Source: Eledone cirrhosa (Eukaryota). Taken from it: a stretch of 64,000 bases of DNA. Under the pieces are notes generated by a model. The model was given only the letters and a program-made list of their open reading frames with translations. It made no database searches and had not been told where the DNA came from. Positions 55,897 to 64,000 of the stretch are shown piece by piece. Where the stretch lies: the NCBI GenBank assembly GCA_964016885.1, contig CAXHJY010000961.1:119033-183032 (forward strand). Reading direction: 5' to 3'. A program made the position numbers and the translations under genes. The number at the start of each line of letters is the position of its first letter. Position 1 is the first letter of the stretch.

Positions 55897-56325
55897 ATAA
55901 ACGGTCACACATATGTTGACCAATGGCTTTAGTGTGTTATAGTGAGTGAAATCATATACCATATGCGATTACAAGTCAAGATAGTTTTTTATAACAAGCG
56001 ATAGTCTAATTGGTTAAGTGGAGATACATGTTGACGTTTATAGTGGAATATTGCAATCACGAAAAGTTGTCTATTTTACAGACTATTAAATATCTATAGA
56101 TATGTAATTATTAGAGAACGTGGTATGTTTCAGACACAAGCTATTCTAACAACGAAAGAAAATATAATACAATGAGATATTTATTATCAATTATATATAT
56201 TGTTCGCTGTCGTCTTCATCTACTTCCTCCTCTTCTTCTTGTAATTGTCTCCGATATAATTGCTTTCATACTTTCATACCTTGGTATTATATGATGTCTC
56301 GATTCTTTTTATTTTATGCATGCAT

Positions 56326-56374
<49 letters not shown>

Positions 56375-56433
56375 ATATATATATGTGTGTATATATATAC
56401 GTATATATGTGTATATATATATGTGTATGTGTG

Positions 56434-56490
<57 letters not shown>

Positions 56491-56551
56491 TATATATATA
56501 TGTAAAAGGTAAACAGAAATAACAACACAATCGGTACAGTATATATATATA

Positions 56552-56609
<58 letters not shown>

Positions 56610-57160
56610 TATATGTATGTATATTTATATAAAATATAAAACAATATAAAACAATTTCTAGCTGTCTTGGTGAGACAATGTAGTAATGTTAAATGTTGCA
56701 TTCATAAAAATTATCGATTTTTCACACAAAATTTAAAAAAATGATATACTATATATATGTTGTGTGTGTTTACGTACACACACACATATAAACACACACA
56801 CATATATATATATACACACTCATATACACCTATATATATACACACACACACACATATATATACACACACATATACACCAATATATGCATATATACACTCA
56901 CACATATATATACATATATATATGTATATATATATACACACACTCACAGATATACACCTATATATGTATATATAAACTCACACATATATATACATATATA
57001 TATGTATATATATACACACACACACATATATTCACACATATACACCTATATATGTATATATACACTCACACATATATATACATATATATATGTATATATA
57101 CACACACACACACATATATATGTATACACACACACACATATATGTATATACACACACACA

Positions 57161-57214
<54 letters not shown>

Positions 57215-57373
57215 GTATAGTATATGTTAGTTCTTTCACAAAATATGACGCCGATCAAACTGAATCAAATTTGTTTGAATAAACCATTTTTATTCATGTC
57301 ACACTGGGATATCAGCAGGTACATAGACCATATACGCCTATGTATGCAAATATATATATACATACACACCGAC

Positions 57374-57439
<66 letters not shown>

Positions 57440-57623
57440 ATATATAAACAGAGATAAATAAGATAATATTAAGTAGAGAGGCTTCGGGTTTTATTTCAGA
57501 TGAATATGAAACTGAAATGAAACATATATACATAATTATTTATTTATATACTAAACATATATACATACATATATACGTGTATATATTTATATATATATAT
57601 ACTATAAACAAACGTATTTATCT

Positions 57624-57706
57624 CACGAGGCTCGATAAGGATAAATATATATCAAATATATAAGAACCCTAGAGCAAATCCCGAGCAACGCCGGGCCATT
57701 CTGCTA

Positions 57707-57707
<1 letters not shown>
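57624..57707 (+). mobile_element. Helitron-like 3' terminus
   Basis: GC-rich hairpin CCCGAGCAACGCCGGG followed 8 nt later by CTAG then T. The upstream part recurs at 44030-44080. Confidence 0.6.
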
Positions 57708-57792
<85 letters not shown>

Positions 57793-58275
57793 ACATGTAT
57801 ACATATATATATGTGTATGTGTCAAAGACATGAAGTAATATATGCTACTGACGATATGATCAAATACATAGGTTTAAGGCAGTGCCTCAGCTTCACCGTA
57901 GTTTAATAACTGAAATTAATAATTGAATAAAAGAAGGAACACACACACGTGTGTGTGTATGTGCGTGTGTGTCTGTGTGTATCTGTGTGTGTGTGTGTCT
58001 GTCTCTCTGTGTGTGTGTATGTCTGTCTGTCTGTGTCTGTCTGTGTGTGTGTGTGTGTGTGTGTGTCTGTGTGCGTATGTGCGTGTGTGTCTGTGTGTAT
58101 ATGTGTGTGTGTGTGTGTCTGTCTGTCTGTGTGTGTGCGTATGTCTGTCTGTCTGTGTGTGTGTGGGTGTGTGTGTGTCTGTGTGTGCCTGTGTGTGTCT
58201 TTCTGTGCGTGTGTGTCTGTATGTGTATGTGTGTGTGTGTGTCTGTCTGATTGCCTGTGTGTGTGTCTGTATGTG

Positions 58276-58314
<39 letters not shown>

Positions 58315-58709
58315 GTCTGTGAGTCTGTGTGTGTGTGTGTCTGTATACGTGTATGTGTGTGTGTCTGTCTGTCCGTGTGTCTCGGTGTGTGTGTGTGTGT
58401 GTGTAGCAATATCCGTAGACATGAAACGGAAAACAGTGGTCAATTGGGAAGAGAACAGTAATATTATTTGTTTCTACTTTTGGCACAAGGCCAGCAATTA
58501 TCCCAGTGTATTACTGGTACTTTATTTTATCGATCCCGTAATATTATATCATTTATTTATGTCCGTACACGGAAAAAAGTGCTACCCAAGCTTCAAGGCT
58601 CAAATTTTACCATAACCTCTAGAAAACAAGAGGTATTAAAATAGTGACCTTTCTTCAGGCGCTGATACGAACTTCCGGATGGCTGGAACAAGTAAAAGAA
58701 TATATATAG

Positions 58710-59015
58710 CAGAGATGTGTAACAGGCGGCCCGCGGGCCTCAATCCGGCCTGCCAGACCCACGATGACCGTTTTTAATTTTTACCTTGTAGGCTTATTTA
58801 GAAATGTTTTCGTTACCGTAATACCATTTTCTGTTAGTTGACCTTATTTAAAGGGCTTCACTGATAGGGCTATGTGTGTTATAATTTCCCAGTTCCATGT
58901 TATGGAAAGAAGCTGTGGTGAATCTTTGGAATAGTGCTTAATAAATGTTGATGACCCTAATAGTTGTTCCAGTGTTCAAAAGTGGCCCGCCAATGGAATA
59001 TGTTGCACACCCCTG
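58710..59015. mobile_element. hAT (Charlie-like) MITE
   Basis: Terminal inverted repeats CAGAGATGTGTAAC / GTTGCACACCCCTG, subterminal GGCCCGC motifs, and 8-bp flanks ATATATAG / GTATATAG. Confidence 0.75.
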
Positions 59016-59519
59016 GTATATAGTGTTTAGAAATGTACGGAAAACACAAACAAAAGACAGACCCCCTCTTCAGTTGTCTGCTGTGGGTCTCGGATGTTTC
59101 GACGTATGGAAGACAATATATATATACGTCGCCGATCTCTCTGACTTTTACGAAGCGCTGCGGGGATATAGTGTTAATATAAAGAGAGATGTACTCATGC
59201 GCGGAGATACTATAAAATAGTTTATAAAATAGGGTGAAGACCCTTAGAGACGGAAAAAGGAGTTGACATCAGCTGCTATGTGTGCGTATGTCATAAACAC
59301 TACGTTGTTACCTTAGCTTTCGTTTTAGCTTGGATACGAACCTACAACCATTGGATGACATATCCAGTAAGTTAATACCTCAGCCATCAGTTATGTTTCT
59401 ATTTACAATTAACTGAGACTTGAACCTCTCTATAACCCTCTCTATTTTCAAATGTAGCGGAAACTAACATTGAAAGTTAAGTGTCCTGTTAAATATATAT
59501 GACTTAAGTCAGGAGTAAC

Positions 59520-60165
59520 TATAACACAACAATAACAATAATAACAATCGCAACAGCAACTACAACAGTAGCAATATCAATACAGCAAAAGAAACAACAA
59601 CAATTACAAGAACAATATAGCAACGGCAACAGCAATAACAGCGGCAACAACACAACAACAACAAAGACAACCGAACATTATGAGAATAACAACAGCAACA
59701 ATACCATCAGAAAGAACCATATCAACAACAACTGTAGCAACAACAACTGCAACAACAACAACAGTAGCAGCAACAATTGCGACAACAAGAGTAGCAACAA
59801 CAACAACAGTAGCAGCAACAACTGCGACAACAAGAGTAGCAACAACAACAAGAGTAGCAGCAACAACTGCGACAACAAGAGTAGCAACAACAACAAGAGT
59901 AGCAGCGACAATAAGAGTAGCAACAATAACAACTGCAACTGCAATAACAACAACATCAGCAACAATATAACAATAACAACATCAACAATACAACAATAAC
60001 AACATCAGCAATATAACAATAACAACAACATCATCAACAATATAACAATAACAACAACATCAGCAATATAACAATAACAACAACATCAACAATACAACAA
60101 CTACAACATCAGCAACAATACAACAATAACAACAACATCAGCAATATCATCAATAACAACAAGAA
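59520..60165. repeat. (ACA/GCA)n compound repeat
   Basis: Direct reading. Confidence 0.9.
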
Positions 60166-60637
60166 ATACTATAGAAAAGTGAAATACAAAATACAAACAA
60201 AATGTCCGCCTCATCTTGTGCTAATGCGAACATTTCCTAGCTTCTATAAGACAGATCGATGTAAAAATCTTTAATATTTTTCCATTATAAATTTAATGTA
60301 AGCTAGAGGACGAAGGATGTTTACAAAGATATGGTAACGCTACCAATGTATTGTTAAGTTCATGTCCAAGATTCTTTCTTCAAATGATGCAATTTAGATG
60401 GAACACTGATTGATTCGGCTTTCAAATTCGGAAATTTAAAAGCATTAAAATTTACTTAAGCCGTATCGGAATGTAGTTTTGGGTGGTTTATGTTTTGTCT
60501 CTCAATATATTTATTATGTATTTCTAGAACGTTTTACTATCTTTTGCTTGTATATACCTACACTGTTTTAATTTCTGGAAAACTTTGCCGATTACTTTTC
60601 CTTGTTTTTGATTAATTCATTACGTTCTTTGTCTTGT

Positions 60638-60707
<70 letters not shown>

Positions 60708-61044
60708 AAGAATAAATAGATATACATACATACTTATATATATATAAATATGTGTGTGTGTGTATGTATATATATTTATTTATTCTTGTTTTTTTGTAAA
60801 CTTAGGAGAATATTAAATACGTCGATCTTTGTTGTTGCTATATATATATATATATGCATGTGAATGTATATACAGAGACACCATACACACATATGTATGC
60901 GTCTCTCTCTCTCAAGAAAGAGAGGGAGAGAGATTTACACTTGCATACCGTACATATATTATATATTCTCTGGTTACAATCCACACGGGACCAACGCACA
61001 CGTATGTGTGTGTGTGTGTGTATGTGTGTGTGTGTATTATATAC

Positions 61045-61079
<35 letters not shown>

Positions 61080-61359
61080 TATATATATATATAGAGACAG
61101 ATATATACATATATATATATGTGTGTGTGTGTCTATGTGTGCGAGAGCGTGTGCGTGCACGTGTGTATATATACAAAATCTATATACATGTGTGTGTCTG
61201 TGTGTATGTGTGTTATGCTACGATGTACTATACAATAATTAATGGATTTAGGAGTTAAAATTGCCAGTGTAAATATGTATAACCCCTCGTGTGTTTGTGA
61301 CGAGTAAAAGAAACCATTGGATAGGCCTCTCTATTTCTTCCGATTCTTTATGTATTCAT

Positions 61360-62395
61360 TTCTCGCCAAAGTCAATGTCACCTTTCATTCTTTCCTGGTA
61401 GATTTATTCCAGTTCCTCTCCCTTGAAATTGCTGGCCATGTGCCAAAATTGTAAACCATTACTTTTGTTGTTTTGCGGTCCGGTGGATTGGCAGTATCAG
61501 TAGAGCGTCGGAGGCCATGCTTTTCAGCACAGAGCTACGTCCCTTTATGGTCTGAGTTCAAATCATGTCGAGGTTAACTTTGCCTTTCATCCTTACGGGG
61601 GGGGGGGGGGTCGATAAAATAAAGTACCAGTAATGCACTGGGATAATTGCTGGCCTTGTGCCAAATATAGAAACAATTATTTTTGTTGTTTTGCAAAATA
61701 AATTTGGGGATTACCAGGGTAGGATTTAGACCTTTAGGGAGTCCAGGCCACTTCAAATTTGGTGGTGGGGAGATCATACGCAAATAATTAGAATACACAG
61801 CAAACCTCCCCAATTTTACATATCAAAGTTAGCTTGGAGCAAGTAATTGGAATTAGAAAATAATACATATAGGTATTAGATTCAAAAATTCTAACTATCC
61901 TAAAACTAAAAAGGCCAGGTGAGGGTACAAATAAATTGCTACGACCGTCGCAGATGGGGCCCACTCTGTCCCACATTAAATCCGGTTCTAGGGACTACAT
62001 GATTTTCTACATGTTTTCAGGGTCCGGCGAGGACCTTGGACCGACAGTGAGCACCCGTGCAATGCAATGTTGAACAAAACAATGATTTGTAGGAGTGTAC
62101 TTGTTATTCGAGGTCTATTTATTTACGATACCTTCTCATTTTTATTTATATCGAGCTTAAGATGTCTACGACAACTAGCATTGGATTGGCAGTATCAGTA
62201 GAGAGTCGGACGCTATGCTTTGCAGCATAGAGTTACGGCCTTTTATGATCTGAGTTCAAATGCGGCCGAGGTTAACTTTGCCTTTCATCCCTATGGGGTC
62301 GATAAAATAAAGTACCAGTAACGTAGTGGGGTCGATTTAATCGACCCCCCCCCCCTCAAATTACTGGCCTTGTGCCTATAGTAGAAATCATTATT
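61360..62395 (+). mobile_element. Main SINE copies (61360-61460 partial, 61482-61680, 62180-62395)
   Basis: A box, B box, core and tail. Confidence 0.85.
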
Positions 62396-62435
62396 AGGGA
62401 TTAATGACAAAATTTGTGTAATTTCGATGTAAGTA

Positions 62436-62926
62436 TACGAGGGGAAGCTGAAAAGTTCATATACTAATTATGAAGGAGTGATGCTAAAGCTGGGAACTCG
62501 TGTGTGTATTAATTTCATTTCTTCTTATTAACAACTGCATTGTTTCTTTCCAGAGAATATGTTGAAAAATAAACCTTATTGGTCATTCCATGAGAGACTC
62601 TTGGCTAGCCTATGAATGAGTGATGCTAGAGCTGTGAAATATTGCATGCATTAATTTCAACTTTTCTTATTAACAACTGCATTGTTTCTTTCCAGAAACT
62701 ATGTTGAAGAATAAATCTCATTTGGTCATTCCATGAGAGACTCTTGGTCAGCCTATGAATGAGCCAAGCTAGAGCTGTGAAATCTAGTACGCATTAATTT
62801 CAAATCTTCTTATTAACAACTGCATTGTTTCTTTCCAAGGAGGAACTGTGTTGAAAAATAAATCAAATTTGGTAATTCCATGAGAGTATCTTGGGCAGCC
62901 TAATAACTTTTCAGCCGACCCTCGTA
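62436..62926. mobile_element. Tc1/mariner-type MITE with internal ~120-bp unit triplicated
   Basis: TA-CGAGGGGAAGCTGAAAAGTT ... AACTTTTCAGCCGACCCTCG-TA (terminal inverted repeats plus TA target duplication). Three GAGTGATGCTArAGCTG...CAGCCTA units lie inside. Confidence 0.85.
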
Positions 62927-63316
62927 ATTTTATCACAATTATCACCACGCTCAACGATCATTATCACCACCATTAACACACCTATTATCCCCACCCTTTA
63001 CAACGATGTGTTCTGCAGTTAAAGGGCTTTAGTTATATAGCTAACAAAAACAGAAGGCAAGATATATAATAATTTCACTGGAGGTTTCTCACACTATCTC
63101 TATATGTGGTCGCATGTATGTATTTGTGTGTGTCTGTATGCGTGTTTGTGTATGTGTGCAATTGTGTGTCTGTGTGTGTGTCTGTGTGTCTGTAGGTTGT
63201 TGTTGAATCTTTTTCTTTCTTTCTCTTATATTTTGTCAGTTTATACTCACCATTCTGAGTGTTTCATCAAGCGGTAAATTCGTTTCGTAATACATCAACT
63301 GTGTGTTTGACAGATA

Positions 63317-63360
<44 letters not shown>

Positions 63361-63585
63361 TATGTATATACATATATAAGTGTGCGTATGAGTATATATA
63401 TAATGTATGTATATATTTACATTTATTATATATATATGTATATGTATATATATATACATGTGTCTGTGTGTGGGTGTGTATGTGTGTGCGTTGTATATGT
63501 GTATATACATATATAAGAGTGCGTATGAGTCTATATATTTAATGTATGTATATATTTTCATTTATTATATATATATATGTATAAG

Positions 63586-63616
<31 letters not shown>

Positions 63617-63947
63617 CTGTGTGTGGGTGTGTATGTGTGTGGGTGTGTATGTGTGTGCGTTATATATGTGTATATACATATATAAGTGTGTGAGTATGTG
63701 TGTACGTATTTATCTATATATAATGTATGTATATATTTACATTAATTATATATATATGTTTATACATATATATTATAAGTATATTTATATCCATGTTATA
63801 TATATATGTGTATTATATTTATTCATATATATATTCATATATATGCCTAGTCTTCTGGTTTTATTATTTTTTTATTTCTCACAAATAGAGAGGCAGAAGG
63901 GGAGGGATAGAAGGATGGGGAGAAGGGGAGAGAAGGACGGAGGGAGA

Positions 63948-64000
<53 letters not shown>

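Noticed and set aside
59680-59970. Thr/Ala-rich repeat ORF
   Set aside because: Derived from an (ACA/GCA)n repeat, with no independent coding evidence.

Overview
This is eukaryotic, AT-rich DNA saturated with (TA)n, (TG)n, (GA)n, (CTA)n, (ATT)n and (ACC)n microsatellites. The repeat content suggests an octopod cephalopod (inference from the dominant tRNA-derived SINE carrying a Nin-type core). I cannot support any host protein-coding gene: nearly all listed ORFs are microsatellite translations. The real coding relics are retrotransposon fragments: a Penelope-like GIY-YIG endonuclease, RTE-clade ends with C2H2 fingers, L1/Tx1-type C-termini, and a CRE-like restriction-like endonuclease. There are about 30 copies of one SINE family, two copies of a second SINE, mariner-, hAT- and Helitron-type non-autonomous DNA elements, and several minisatellites. 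Four observations stand out. (1) The dominant SINE shares its 3' tail with the Tx1/L1-like LINE and forms chains in (ATT)n tails, a candidate SINE-LINE partnership. (2) Hammerhead-ribozyme motifs are dispersed through the window, including one with a very long stem II downstream of the Penelope endonuclease. (3) Many fold-back hairpins sit in (TA)n, some with copy-specific mirrored arms. (4) A zinc-finger-tailed RTE family is present with a bipartite non-autonomous derivative. All calls were made by eye and boundaries are approximate.
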